DNA of 57,696 nucleotides from Bacteroidota bacterium (GTDB lineage Bacteria; Bacteroidota; Ignavibacteria; UBA10030; UBA8401): NCBI GenBank assembly GCA_031420755.1, contig JANONI010000177.1, positions 1 to 57,696 of the forward strand, read 5' to 3'. Shown piece by piece: positions 44,938 to 54,177 of this stretch (position 1 is its first letter; each line of letters starts with the position of its first letter). The notes under the pieces were generated by a model. It saw only the letters and a program-made list of their open reading frames with translations, ran no database searches and was not told where the DNA came from. The position numbers and the translations under genes were made by a program.

Positions 44938-46578
44938 ATGAGACCAATTCTTACTCCACAACAAATGAAACGTGTTGACGAATACGCAATCAAAACATTG
45001 CGAATACCGTCATTGCGTTTGATGGAAAATGCTGGCAAGGCGGTTGTCGTTGAATTACTAACAAGAACCCATCCTTCGATGCGTTCCGTTAGAGAACATC
45101 GGGACTTCTGCCAAAAAAGAGGTCGAATACTCGACTCGTCGAGCGGACAAGTGCTCAGGATGACCCATGTTCTCATTTTTTGCGGGAAGGGAAATAATGG
45201 CGGCGATGGATTTGTTGTTGCACGATTACTTGTGGAAAAAGATTTCGCCGTTACGGTTGTATTGATGGAGAATGAGAAAGAATTGAGCGGTGATGCGTTA
45301 GAAAATTTTCAGCGATTGCACGATTACACGATTGCAAAATTACAAATATTGGGATTTGAAAAATTTCAAAAACTAAAGAATAAAAAATTTGACGTGATTG
45401 TGGATGCGATGCTGGGAACGTCGTTTCAGGGAACATTGAAAGGGAAGTATCGTAACGCTGTTGAGTGGTGCAATAAACAATCTTCGTTGAAAATTGCCGT
45501 TGATATTCCCACCGGATTGAACGGTGAAACAGGTGAAGTTCTTTCAAAAGCATTTCAAGCGGATGTTACCGTAACACTGTCGAATCCGAAAATTGGATTT
45601 TACAGAGAAGGAGCAAAAGAATTTACTGGTGAAGTTGTGGTTGCGAATATTGGAATTCCAAAAAAAGTAATCCATGATTATCAGAAATCAAATCAGCGAA
45701 AAATATTTCTTATTGAAGAGAGTGATGTTCAAAAGACATTTCCCAAACGAGCAAGCAATAGTCACAAACATTCTGTCGGAAAAATATTTGCGCTTGCCGG
45801 TTCAAAAAGTATGATGGGTGCAGCGTTGTTATGCAGTCAATCTGCGATGCGAAGCGGAGCAGGACAAGTAATCCTTGGAATTCCAGATTCTGAATATGCG
45901 GCAATCGCAAAACGTACAGTTGAAGTAATGCCGCTTGGACTTCCATCAACTACGGAAGGAAGTATTTCGTTCGATGCACTTGATGAAATTGAAAAGCGAA
46001 TTGCTTGGGCAAACGTTATTCTTCTCGGATGTGGATTATCCGGTAATAACGATACTCAGCAATTGATTCGTGAAATAATTAAAAATACCGGTAAGCCAAC
46101 GGTTATTGATGCAGACGGACTTAATGCGTTGGCGGGAAATCTTGATCTGCTCAAGAGCAGAAAATCACATAATATTGTTCTAACGCCTCATCGCGGAGAA
46201 TTTTCAAGACTGATTGGAATTTCTTCAAAAGAAATTGAACGAAATAAATTTTCGCTTGCCGCGAGCTTTGCTGAAGAATATAATCTTATATTAGTCTTGA
46301 AAGGCGCACCGACTATCATAGCAATTCCATCAGGGAAAATTTTTGTTAACTCCACTGGAAATCCCGGAATGTCAACAGCAGGAAGCGGAGATGTACTTGC
46401 TGGAATCATTGCATCATTGATTGGGCAGGGAAATTCTGCTTCGGACGCAGCAGTGAACGGTGTCTTTCTCCACGGCAAATCGGGAGACATTGCTGCGGCA
46501 AAATTTGGTATGTATGGAATGATTGCCAGTGATATGATAAAAAATTTACCATTGGCAATTACATCAGGGCATCTCTAA
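44938..46578 (+). CDS. nnr: Bifunctional NAD(P)H-hydrate repair enzyme (YjeF_N epimerase and ADP-dependent dehydratase)
   Basis: The start was chosen at MRPILTPQQM, since the TTG at 44929 lies in the terminator. Motifs are GKGNNGGDGFVVARLL, HKHSVGKIFALAGS and GNPGMSTAGSGDVLAG. Confidence 0.9.
   Translation: MRPILTPQQMKRVDEYAIKTLRIPSLRLMENAGKAVVVELLTRTHPSMRSVREHRDFCQKRGRILDSSSGQVLRMTHVLIFCGKGNNGGDGFVVARLLVEKDFAVTVVLMENEKELSGDALENFQRLHDYTIAKLQILGFEKFQKLKNKKFDVIVDAMLGTSFQGTLKGKYRNAVEWCNKQSSLKIAVDIPTGLNGETGEVLSKAFQADVTVTLSNPKIGFYREGAKEFTGEVVVANIGIPKKVIHDYQKSNQRKIFLIEESDVQKTFPKRASNSHKHSVGKIFALAGSKSMMGAALLCSQSAMRSGAGQVILGIPDSEYAAIAKRTVEVMPLGLPSTTEGSISFDALDEIEKRIAWANVILLGCGLSGNNDTQQLIREIIKNTGKPTVIDADGLNALAGNLDLLKSRKSHNIVLTPHRGEFSRLIGISSKEIERNKFSLAASFAEEYNLILVLKGAPTIIAIPSGKIFVNSTGNPGMSTAGSGDVLAGIIASLIGQGNSASDAAVNGVFLHGKSGDIAAAKFGMYGMIASDMIKNLPLAITSGHL
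45073..45168. repeat. 96-bp palindromic element inserted in-frame in nnr
   Basis: Bounded by ACCCAT at 45067-45072 and 45163-45168. Inverted ends are catcct/aggatg. The core 45106-45152 is 41/47 identical to 39121-39167. Confidence 0.7.
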
Positions 46579-46684
46579 AAACATCAAAATGTAATCTGTG
46601 CAAGGTTTTATGCGAAGCATTCTTACGAATAATTTTTAAGGAACGACTAAATAGATTTTAGAGATACCCATCATTAATCGGAAA

Positions 46685-47074
46685 ATGAACACACAACAAA
46701 AAATAATCTCTTTTCTGCAATTTCAATTACCGCTGATCGCATGGTGTGTTTTTGTTTTCACCGCATCGTCAATTCCATCGAAGAATATTCCAGCATTAGG
46801 ACTGTACTTCGATAAAGTAATTCATTTCGGAGTGTACGGAACATTGTGCTGGCTTGCGCATGTCGCATTTCATCATCAACCGAACATCTCTCTTAAAAAA
46901 TATAGTTTACCTGCGGCAATTATTTTTACGGTGGTGTTCGGCCTGTCAGACGAATTCCATCAAATGTTTACCCCCGGTCGATCGGCAGAGGTGTTGGATC
47001 TTGTTGCCGATACATTTGGCGGATTAATGTATGCTACGATTTATCTTCGATTTCGATTCTATCAAAATGCATAA
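46685..47074 (+). CDS. VanZ-like family membrane protein
   Basis: 129-aa ORF with 4 TM helices and GLSDEFHQMFTPGRSAEVLDLVAD. Confidence 0.75.
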   Translation: MNTQQKIISFLQFQLPLIAWCVFVFTASSIPSKNIPALGLYFDKVIHFGVYGTLCWLAHVAFHHQPNISLKKYSLPAAIIFTVVFGLSDEFHQMFTPGRSAEVLDLVADTFGGLMYATIYLRFRFYQNA

Positions 47075-48302
47075 ACTCGTTACTCGGTTTCTTTCCCTTC
47101 CAACCTTTCGCTCGTTACGCCAAACGAACTATCGTCTTTTTTTTGCCGGACAGATATTTTCATTGGTGGGAACGTGGATGCAAACCATGGCGCAGGCGTG
47201 GCTTGTGTATCAACTTACCTATTCTTCGGTCTGGCTCGGCATTATTGGATTTTTAAATACGATTCCGATGCTGCTCTTTGCAATGTACGGAGGTTCGATT
47301 GCAGATCGGTTTTCGAAACACAAAATTATTTTGATCACGCAAAGTTTGTCATTGGTTCAGGCAATTGTTCTTTCGCTTCTGGTGTTGTTCGATATGGCAA
47401 CGGTGGAAATAGTTGCGGTATTGGCATTCACTCTTGGAACGATTAATGCATTCGATGTTCCTGCGCGTCAAACATTTGTTTTTGAATTGGTCGGAAAAGA
47501 GAATCTTCCGAATGCAATAGCATTGAACTCTGCCGCGTTCAATGCTGCGCGGATTATCGGACCGGCAATTGGCGGCGTATTGATCGCTGCTGTTGGAGTC
47601 GGGTGGTGTTTCTTTATCAACGCACTATCATTTCTTTCGGTGATTATTGTATTATTAAAACTAACGATTGCTCCTAAAGTGATAGACCAAAAGGAAACGA
47701 CAAGTGTTTTTCAGTCATTGAAGGAAAGTATTCGGTACGTAAGATCTGATATTTCATTGATTGCGTTATTGACATTGGTCGCCGTCATCACGGTTTTCGG
47801 TTGGTCGTACACTATTCTATTGCCGATCTATGCGGATAAAGTTTTGCAGATCGGAGCAGTCGGACTCGGAAATCTTATGATGTCATTCGGAATCGGCGCA
47901 TTTATCAGCGCAATCTTTGTTGCAAGTGCTGAAAGCAAGATTCGTCCGAGCAAATTTATCTATGGCGGAATATTGTTATTCGTTATTGGAATTTCTTTAT
48001 TTGCATTATCAACCAATGTTGCCGTATCATTGTACAGTTTGGTCTTTGTGGGAATGGGTTTGATTATGTTCATTGCAACTGCAAATGCATCCATTCAACG
48101 AAGTGCTCCGGATGCAATGCGCGGAAGAGTAATGGGATTGTATCTATTAATTTTTCAAGGACTTGCACCATTTGGGCAGTTAGGAATGGGTTGGCTTGCA
48201 AATGAAATCGGTGTTCGGGGCGCTGTGCTATGTGGAGCAGCCATTTGCGGAATTACAGGAATTTCAATGCGGGTATTTATGAATTCACAACGGAAGAAAT
48301 AA
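47067..48302 (+). CDS. MFS transporter (EntS/MFS_3-like)
   Basis: The start was chosen at MHKLVTRF (8-nt overlap with the upstream gene). YRLFFAGQIFSLVGTWMQ is typical of this MFS subgroup. Confidence 0.8.
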   Translation: MHKLVTRFLSLPTFRSLRQTNYRLFFAGQIFSLVGTWMQTMAQAWLVYQLTYSSVWLGIIGFLNTIPMLLFAMYGGSIADRFSKHKIILITQSLSLVQAIVLSLLVLFDMATVEIVAVLAFTLGTINAFDVPARQTFVFELVGKENLPNAIALNSAAFNAARIIGPAIGGVLIAAVGVGWCFFINALSFLSVIIVLLKLTIAPKVIDQKETTSVFQSLKESIRYVRSDISLIALLTLVAVITVFGWSYTILLPIYADKVLQIGAVGLGNLMMSFGIGAFISAIFVASAESKIRPSKFIYGGILLFVIGISLFALSTNVAVSLYSLVFVGMGLIMFIATANASIQRSAPDAMRGRVMGLYLLIFQGLAPFGQLGMGWLANEIGVRGAVLCGAAICGITGISMRVFMNSQRKK

Positions 48303-48317
48303 CAAAGGTTAAAAATT

Positions 48318-50282
48318 ATGCTGAATAGATTTTTCTTTTTTCTCATCTCATCAATCTATCTGTTTGCACAAACATCCGGTGATCAGATCGCATTTCAACA
48401 AGCGATGTCTGCTTCAACGGATTCATTACGACTCGCAGCATTTGATAAATTCATTATCGAAAATCCGTCGAGCAAACTGATACCGAATGCGTATGCCGCT
48501 AAGTTTCAACTGTATTCAAATCTTAAGAATGACAGTGCCGCTTTTGCATCAATCCGAAAATATTTATCGTTGATCGATCAATCGCAGGTTGCGCCTGCAT
48601 TAAACGCTGTAGCGTACGAATTTGCACAGCGAAAGTTCTTTTTGGATTCTGCGGCGATGTTTATTGATCAAGCAATTGCATTGTATCAGAAAGATGAGCC
48701 AATATTATTGAATACCAAAGCTTTTGTCTTATACCAGCTTCAGCAATATGCCGAAGCTGAGAAGATTCAACAAAAAGTGATCACGTTGCTTCCGCCGAAT
48801 TCTGAGTATGATTCCCGATATGCACCTTTTTCCATTCAACTCGGTTTCATTCAGTTAGAATTAAACGCTCCTCTGTCAGGGATGAAGAAAATTATTCTTG
48901 GCAATATCATCCTTCCAAAACAAAGTATTTCCGTACGCCATATCGATTCGTTGATTGAATTGAAAAAACTTGCGCTCCCACCAATACAATTATTCCGCGA
49001 TAGTTTGTATGCGAATGTCGTTGCTGAATATATCAGATATTCCCCGGATACAACAATGGCAAAAAGTTTTTTAGCGGTCAGTCTTTCCCGCAGCAATGTT
49101 CTTCCAGAGCGTGCGGTGTTTTTTGCGAAAGAATCGTATGGCTCGGTTCAGCAACGGACTATTGAAGAACGTTCCGGTGCTGCTGGAGCGTTGGGATTGA
49201 CATATTACCATTTAAAACAATACGAAGAATCGGAAAAATTTTTATCGGAAGCTGCGAAGTTTGCAAGTCCGAATGAATCGGAGATTTTCTTCTCTCTTGG
49301 AGACGTGAAAGAAAAATTAGGAAAGAAAAAAGAAGCATTCGATGTGTACCTTAACGGAATCGTTTCTTCCCGTCAGTCGAATTCTGTCTATGATAAATTA
49401 GTAGCACTGAAGAAAGAATTGTTTCCAACAGTATCATTGGATTCAATTATTGCCGCACATCAAGCCGCCGCATTGCAATTTACTCCGGAAGAATTTCATC
49501 GTGAGCGTGTTGCATTGAAACAGAATGAATATCCCAAAGTCGTGATGGCAGAATTATTCACCGGTTCGGAATGTCGTCCTTGTCAGGCAGCGGATATCGC
49601 GTTTGATTATCTCATCGAGCGATTTAAAACTTCTTCTCTTGCGATCCTTGAATATCATCTCCACATTCCTCAGCCCGATCCGCTCTCAAACGTTGATGCG
49701 GAAAAACGAGGAGAATATTACGGTGTCAATAGTACTCCAACAGCAATCTTCGGAGGTGTAACAGGCATTCCCTCTGGCGGAAATAAACTTGCAGCAAAAA
49801 GTAAATTTTTTCTGTATTCAGAAGTCGTTGAGCGTCAGTTAAAAACTCCGTCATCAGTTGCTCTCTCACTTTCATCGTCGCTCAAGAAAAATATTCTCAC
49901 GGTTAACGCCAGTGCAATTACGACTTCGAAAACTAATAAGCTGAAACTCCGAATTGCTGTGGTAGAGGACGAAGTATATTACAAAGGATCGAATGGAATT
50001 GAGCAACATAAATTTGTTGTAAGAAAAATGCTGAAATCAGCCGATGGTTTTTCTTTTCCGAAGAATGGAAAATTGCGCATCACCGAAACACTGAATATGA
50101 AGACAGTGATTGCCGATCTTGGCAAATATTATGAGTTGACGAATACTCGGTATGCACAACTTGGCACCGGATTAAAAGCGAAGAAAAATGAGATCGATTT
50201 AAAACGACTTGCGGTTGTTGCATTCGTGCAAGATGACGCAACCCGTGAAATTCTTCAATCCAGTGTTGTAAAAGTTGAATAG
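48318..50282 (+). CDS. Secreted TPR-like protein with a C-terminal thioredoxin-fold (Omp28-related, CxxC) domain
   Basis: 654-aa ORF with the signal peptide MLNRFFFFLISSIYLFAQ and helical-repeat N-terminal two-thirds. AELFTGSECRPCQAAD resembles the EEFTG..C..C start of Omp28-like domains. Confidence 0.7.
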   Translation: MLNRFFFFLISSIYLFAQTSGDQIAFQQAMSASTDSLRLAAFDKFIIENPSSKLIPNAYAAKFQLYSNLKNDSAAFASIRKYLSLIDQSQVAPALNAVAYEFAQRKFFLDSAAMFIDQAIALYQKDEPILLNTKAFVLYQLQQYAEAEKIQQKVITLLPPNSEYDSRYAPFSIQLGFIQLELNAPLSGMKKIILGNIILPKQSISVRHIDSLIELKKLALPPIQLFRDSLYANVVAEYIRYSPDTTMAKSFLAVSLSRSNVLPERAVFFAKESYGSVQQRTIEERSGAAGALGLTYYHLKQYEESEKFLSEAAKFASPNESEIFFSLGDVKEKLGKKKEAFDVYLNGIVSSRQSNSVYDKLVALKKELFPTVSLDSIIAAHQAAALQFTPEEFHRERVALKQNEYPKVVMAELFTGSECRPCQAADIAFDYLIERFKTSSLAILEYHLHIPQPDPLSNVDAEKRGEYYGVNSTPTAIFGGVTGIPSGGNKLAAKSKFFLYSEVVERQLKTPSSVALSLSSSLKKNILTVNASAITTSKTNKLKLRIAVVEDEVYYKGSNGIEQHKFVVRKMLKSADGFSFPKNGKLRITETLNMKTVIADLGKYYELTNTRYAQLGTGLKAKKNEIDLKRLAVVAFVQDDATREILQSSVVKVE

Positions 50283-50292
50283 TTCTAAAACC

Positions 50293-51513
50293 ATGAAACA
50301 GAACAGTAAAAACCAATTTACGATTGTTGAATATGTTCTTGGTCTCTTATTCATTATCGGTAGTGCCTATATTTATTTTGGGTTTTACTTTCCCGATGAA
50401 TACACTTTAGCATTTGGAATTTTCCCTACGGTTGTTTTGTGGGTGATACGAATATTGTTTCCTCTAATTATTACCGGAATCATAGTTCTTTATATTCGGC
50501 TGCGCTTGAAGAAAACAGATTATCGTGCAGTTGTTGTGTTCTCTATGACGATGTTCTTTACAACAATCATTGTCTATCAAATTGCAGACAAAATGTATCA
50601 GGATTGGTTCGAGCAGAATCGGAATAAATTTCATCCATATCTGCAGCTCGTTCCACAGAAATATCAACCGCGAAGCGATTCTTCATCAAACACGATCAGA
50701 ATTTTTTGTCTTGGCGGTTCAACAACGGAATTATCCGACAGTAAAGGAAACGATTGGGAATCACGAGTTGAAGGAATTTTAAGAAATGAATTTGGACTAT
50801 CGAATATTGAAGTTTACAATCTTGGAAGGGAATGGTATACAACGCTCCATACGTTGATCAATTATGAGACGAATTTGCGGCAGTATAAACCATCCGTAAT
50901 TCTTATTATGCAATCTGTAAATGATCTTCTTCATAATGCTGATTTTTCAGTGTTCAGTCACGATACGTTCAGAGAAGATTATGGACATTTTTATGGACCG
51001 GTCAACAGAATCATTCATCATGGAAGTTTGCTGGACAAAGTTTATAGTATCGTTATAGGATTATGGTATTCGGTTCCAAAAGAAGTGATCACAACCGATA
51101 AATTTTCGGGGATCATTTCGTTTGAACGAAATCTCAATACGATCATTGAATTGGCAAAGCACGATAGTACGAAAATTATTTTGATGACCGAACCGTCGTT
51201 GTTTAAATCGGAGATGTCCGCGGATGAGATTTCTGTTCTTGGTATGTTGAACGTAGAAGCGATCAATGAATATAAAGTGTGGAGCATTCAAACCGCAACA
51301 AATGGAATGAAGCAATACAATGAAACGATGAAGAAGATCGCTAAGAAGAATGATTTACCCTTGATCGATCTTGATTCCATAGTTCCTAAATCATTGACAT
51401 ATTTTCGAGATGATGTCCATTACACTGACACGACTTTTTCGTTGATCGCACCTTTTATTGCTCATGAACTGAATCGGTATATTGGAACGCAATTGATAAT
51501 GAAAAATAAATAA
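50293..51513 (+). CDS. Membrane-anchored SGNH/GDSL-type hydrolase or acyltransferase-like protein
   Basis: 3 N-terminal TM helices, followed by IFCLGGSTTE (block I Ser), MQSVNDL (block III) and RDDVHYT (block V DxxH). Confidence 0.75.
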   Translation: MKQNSKNQFTIVEYVLGLLFIIGSAYIYFGFYFPDEYTLAFGIFPTVVLWVIRILFPLIITGIIVLYIRLRLKKTDYRAVVVFSMTMFFTTIIVYQIADKMYQDWFEQNRNKFHPYLQLVPQKYQPRSDSSSNTIRIFCLGGSTTELSDSKGNDWESRVEGILRNEFGLSNIEVYNLGREWYTTLHTLINYETNLRQYKPSVILIMQSVNDLLHNADFSVFSHDTFREDYGHFYGPVNRIIHHGSLLDKVYSIVIGLWYSVPKEVITTDKFSGIISFERNLNTIIELAKHDSTKIILMTEPSLFKSEMSADEISVLGMLNVEAINEYKVWSIQTATNGMKQYNETMKKIAKKNDLPLIDLDSIVPKSLTYFRDDVHYTDTTFSLIAPFIAHELNRYIGTQLIMKNK

Positions 51514-51514
51514 T

Positions 51515-53332
51515 ATGACAGTTCTAGGTATCTCTGCATTTTATCACGATGCCGCCGCTTGCATCGTTCGAGACGGCGAAATTATTGCCGCCGCACAGGA
51601 AGAGCGTTTTTCCCGCAAGAAACACGACGAACGATTTCCGCACCATGCAATTCAATTCTGTCTTCGACAATTACACTGTTCAATGAATGAAATTGATGCT
51701 GTTGTATTTTATGATAAACCATTCTTAAAGTTTAATCGAATACTTGAAACTTATCTTGCGAATGCTCCAAACGGTTTCCGTTCATTTATTATGGCAATGC
51801 CGGTGTGGTTAAAAGAAAAACTGTGGCTTTCCGATGTGATTGCCGATGAACTGAAATACGAAGGGAAAGTATTATTTACGGAGCATCACGAATCTCATGC
51901 TGCCTCTGCATTTTTTCCATCGCCGTTCGAGCGTGCGGCAATCGTTACGGTTGATGGTGTTGGTGAATATGCAACGACATCAATAGCTATTGGAGAAAAG
52001 AATTCAGTTCGTATTATTGAAGAACAGCATTTTCCGCATTCGCTGGGTCTGTTGTATTCTGCGTTCACCTATTTCACCGGCTTCAAAGTGAATTCCGGCG
52101 AGTATAAAGTAATGGGACTTGCGCCGTACGGTGAACCGAGATTTGTGAAAACCATCTACGATCATCTTATCGACCTTCGTGATGACGGATCGTTTACAGT
52201 CAATATGGACTATTTCAATTACGCCGTCGGTTTAACAATGACGAATGCCAAATTTGCATCATTGTTCGATGGTCCCGCGCGTAAACCGGAATCACCGTTG
52301 ACGCAGCGCGAGATGGATATTGCCGCATCGGTTCAAGTTGTTACAGAAGAAATTATGTTGAGAATTGTTCGTCATGCAAAAGCCATTACCGGCGAAAAAA
52401 ATCTTTGTCTTGCCGGAGGCGTTGCGTTGAACTGTGTTGCTAATGGAAAAATACTTCGTGAAGGAATCTTCGATTCGATGTGGATACAACCGGCAGCAGG
52501 AGATGCGGGCGGAGCATTAGGGGCGGCGATGATCGGGTATCATCATTATTTCAAACAGGAACGAAAGATTGTTTCTAAGGATTCTCAAAATGGCTCTTAT
52601 CTAGGCACCTCGTATTCTGACGATGAGATTGAAAAATTTCTTGCAAAAGAAAAAATTCCTCATGTTCGTTATGGTGACACTCAAATATTATGTGATAACG
52701 TTGCAAACTTAATTGCAAACGAAAATGTTATTGGATGGTTTCAAGGAAGAATGGAGTTCGGTCCCCGCGCACTCGGAAATCGATCTATTCTCGGCGATGC
52801 ACGATCTTCTACAATGCAAAAAAAAATGAATTTAAAGATAAAATATCGCGAAAGTTTTCGTCCGTTTGCACCGGCAGTGTTAGCGGAATATGTTTCTGAT
52901 TGGTTCGATATTAATTGCGATAGCCCTTACATGCTGCTTGTTGCTGATGTCGTAAAGAATAAACAACTTCACATGACGAAAGAACAGCTACACTTGTGGG
53001 GAATTGAAAAATTAAATATTCCACGTTCAAAAATTCCTGCAGTAACACATATCGATTATTCGGCAAGGATTCAAACTGTTCACAAAGAGACGAATCCAAT
53101 GTTCCACAAATTAATTAAATCTTTTTTTGACAAAACAGCGTGTCCAGTAATAGTGAATACGTCATTCAATGTACGAGGAGAACCGATCGTCGAATCTCCG
53201 AGCGATGCATATCGCTGTTTTATGCGAACCGAAATGGATGCATTGGTGTTGGGTAATTTCCTTTTATTAAAGAAAGATCAACCGGCATTTGTTGAAAATA
53301 AAGATTGGAGAAAAGAATATGAGTTGGATTGA
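51515..53332 (+). CDS. Carbamoyltransferase (NodU/CmcH family)
   Basis: 605-aa ORF with MTVLGISAFYHDAAACIV, HHESHAASAFF, LAGGVALNCVANG and a C-terminal NTSFNVRGEPIV. Confidence 0.9.
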   Translation: MTVLGISAFYHDAAACIVRDGEIIAAAQEERFSRKKHDERFPHHAIQFCLRQLHCSMNEIDAVVFYDKPFLKFNRILETYLANAPNGFRSFIMAMPVWLKEKLWLSDVIADELKYEGKVLFTEHHESHAASAFFPSPFERAAIVTVDGVGEYATTSIAIGEKNSVRIIEEQHFPHSLGLLYSAFTYFTGFKVNSGEYKVMGLAPYGEPRFVKTIYDHLIDLRDDGSFTVNMDYFNYAVGLTMTNAKFASLFDGPARKPESPLTQREMDIAASVQVVTEEIMLRIVRHAKAITGEKNLCLAGGVALNCVANGKILREGIFDSMWIQPAAGDAGGALGAAMIGYHHYFKQERKIVSKDSQNGSYLGTSYSDDEIEKFLAKEKIPHVRYGDTQILCDNVANLIANENVIGWFQGRMEFGPRALGNRSILGDARSSTMQKKMNLKIKYRESFRPFAPAVLAEYVSDWFDINCDSPYMLLVADVVKNKQLHMTKEQLHLWGIEKLNIPRSKIPAVTHIDYSARIQTVHKETNPMFHKLIKSFFDKTACPVIVNTSFNVRGEPIVESPSDAYRCFMRTEMDALVLGNFLLLKKDQPAFVENKDWRKEYELD

Positions 53333-53753
53333 TGAGATTCTCCACGATCTTTCAACAATACAATCTACACCGCACGATCTGAAGAAGTTCGGCCTAATAA
53401 TCGGCGGTCTGTTATTATTGTTGTGTGGAGCGGCGTTCTGGAATGTATGGTGGAGTGACGAATTGTTATTCGCTATAGGTTCGTTCGGAATATTTCTCGT
53501 TCTCGCAGGAATGTTGTTTCCGCAGCAGCTTATAGTCATTCATCGTTGGTGGATGAGTTTTGCAATTGTTTTGGGAAGTGTCGTTTCCCGAGTAATATTG
53601 TTTTTTGTATTTTTTTTAATTGTCACTGTTATTTCGTTGGCTGCAAGAATTGTTGGAAAAAAATTCTATCGTGAACATCACGATCGCCGTCAGACATCCT
53701 ATTGGATTCAACGCGATCACAACAAACCCATCAAGTATGAAAGAATGTCGTAA
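53319..53753 (+). CDS. SxtJ-like small membrane protein
   Basis: The start was chosen at MSWIDEIL (14-nt overlap with the carbamoyltransferase stop). LKKFGLIIGGLLLLLCGAAFW and 3-4 TM helices are present. Family assignment is from memory of SxtJ-type sequences. Confidence 0.65.
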   Translation: MSWIDEILHDLSTIQSTPHDLKKFGLIIGGLLLLLCGAAFWNVWWSDELLFAIGSFGIFLVLAGMLFPQQLIVIHRWWMSFAIVLGSVVSRVILFFVFFLIVTVISLAARIVGKKFYREHHDRRQTSYWIQRDHNKPIKYERMS

Positions 53754-53762
53754 GGTAATAAT

Positions 53763-53921
53763 ATGGCAAAGATTAAAATTTTAACGGAATATTTTTCATT
53801 CCTTAAAGAAAATAAAAAATGGTGGCTGCTTCCGATCGTTATTGTCTTGGTGCTGTTCGGACTGTTGATCGTGTTAACAAAAGGAAGTGCTTTGGCACCG
53901 TTTATTTATACTATATTTTAA
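53763..53921 (+). CDS. DUF5989 (SxtK-like) 52-aa membrane protein; not in the supplied ORF track
   Basis: Hand-translated as MAKIKILTEYFSFLKENKKWWLLPIVIVLVLFGLLIVLTKGSALAPFIYTIF*. The KKWWLLPI...GSALAPFIYT(I/L)F pattern is the family signature as I recall it. It starts 9 nt after the SxtJ-like gene. Confidence 0.7.
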   Translation: MAKIKILTEYFSFLKENKKWWLLPIVIVLVLFGLLIVLTKGSALAPFIYTIF

Positions 53922-53948
53922 TTGTGACAACTCAGTGTTCATAATTTG

Positions 53949-54100
53949 TTTGCCACGAAAACACTAAAACATAAAATTCCTCTATTTTTTTTCGTTGATT
54001 CCCAACTCTTCTGGTAGTAATTCCTTACAGGTCGTACCTACGGTATCGTAGATAGACAAATATCTTTTGTGCGCTTTCGTGTTTTTGTGATTTAGTGGCA
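53949..54100. repeat. CACNAAAN-octamer inverted-array element carrying a nested hairpin insert
   Basis: Left arm ttgccacgaaaacactaaaacat. Right arm (reverse complement) gccactaaatcacaaaaacacgaaagcgcac. The central roughly 70 bp contains ctacg-gtat-cgtag (54038-54051). Confidence 0.55.
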
Positions 54101-54177
54101 TATTATTGAATTAATATTTTAATACTGCTGAGTAGTTACGTCTATCTTTAGTTTGCTATTGGCAACCTTAACAAGGT

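Noticed and set aside
44850..45176. 108-aa minus-strand ORF overlapping the nuoN terminator and the nnr 5' end
   Set aside because: It is antisense to a well-supported gene and partly a translation of the nnr-embedded repeat (TCPLDESSIRPLFW mirrors the nuoJ/K copy). No independent support exists.
46657..46671. 15-nt match 'ttttagagataccca' shared with the reverse strand at 56170-56184
   Set aside because: A handful of 15-mer coincidences are expected in about 115 kb of two-strand AT-rich sequence. There is no flanking similarity or structure.
49762..49778. Partial match (cctctggcggaaat) of the nuoL/M hairpin motif inside the TPR/thioredoxin-like gene
   Set aside because: Only 14 nt match, the complementary half of the hairpin is missing, and this could easily be chance.
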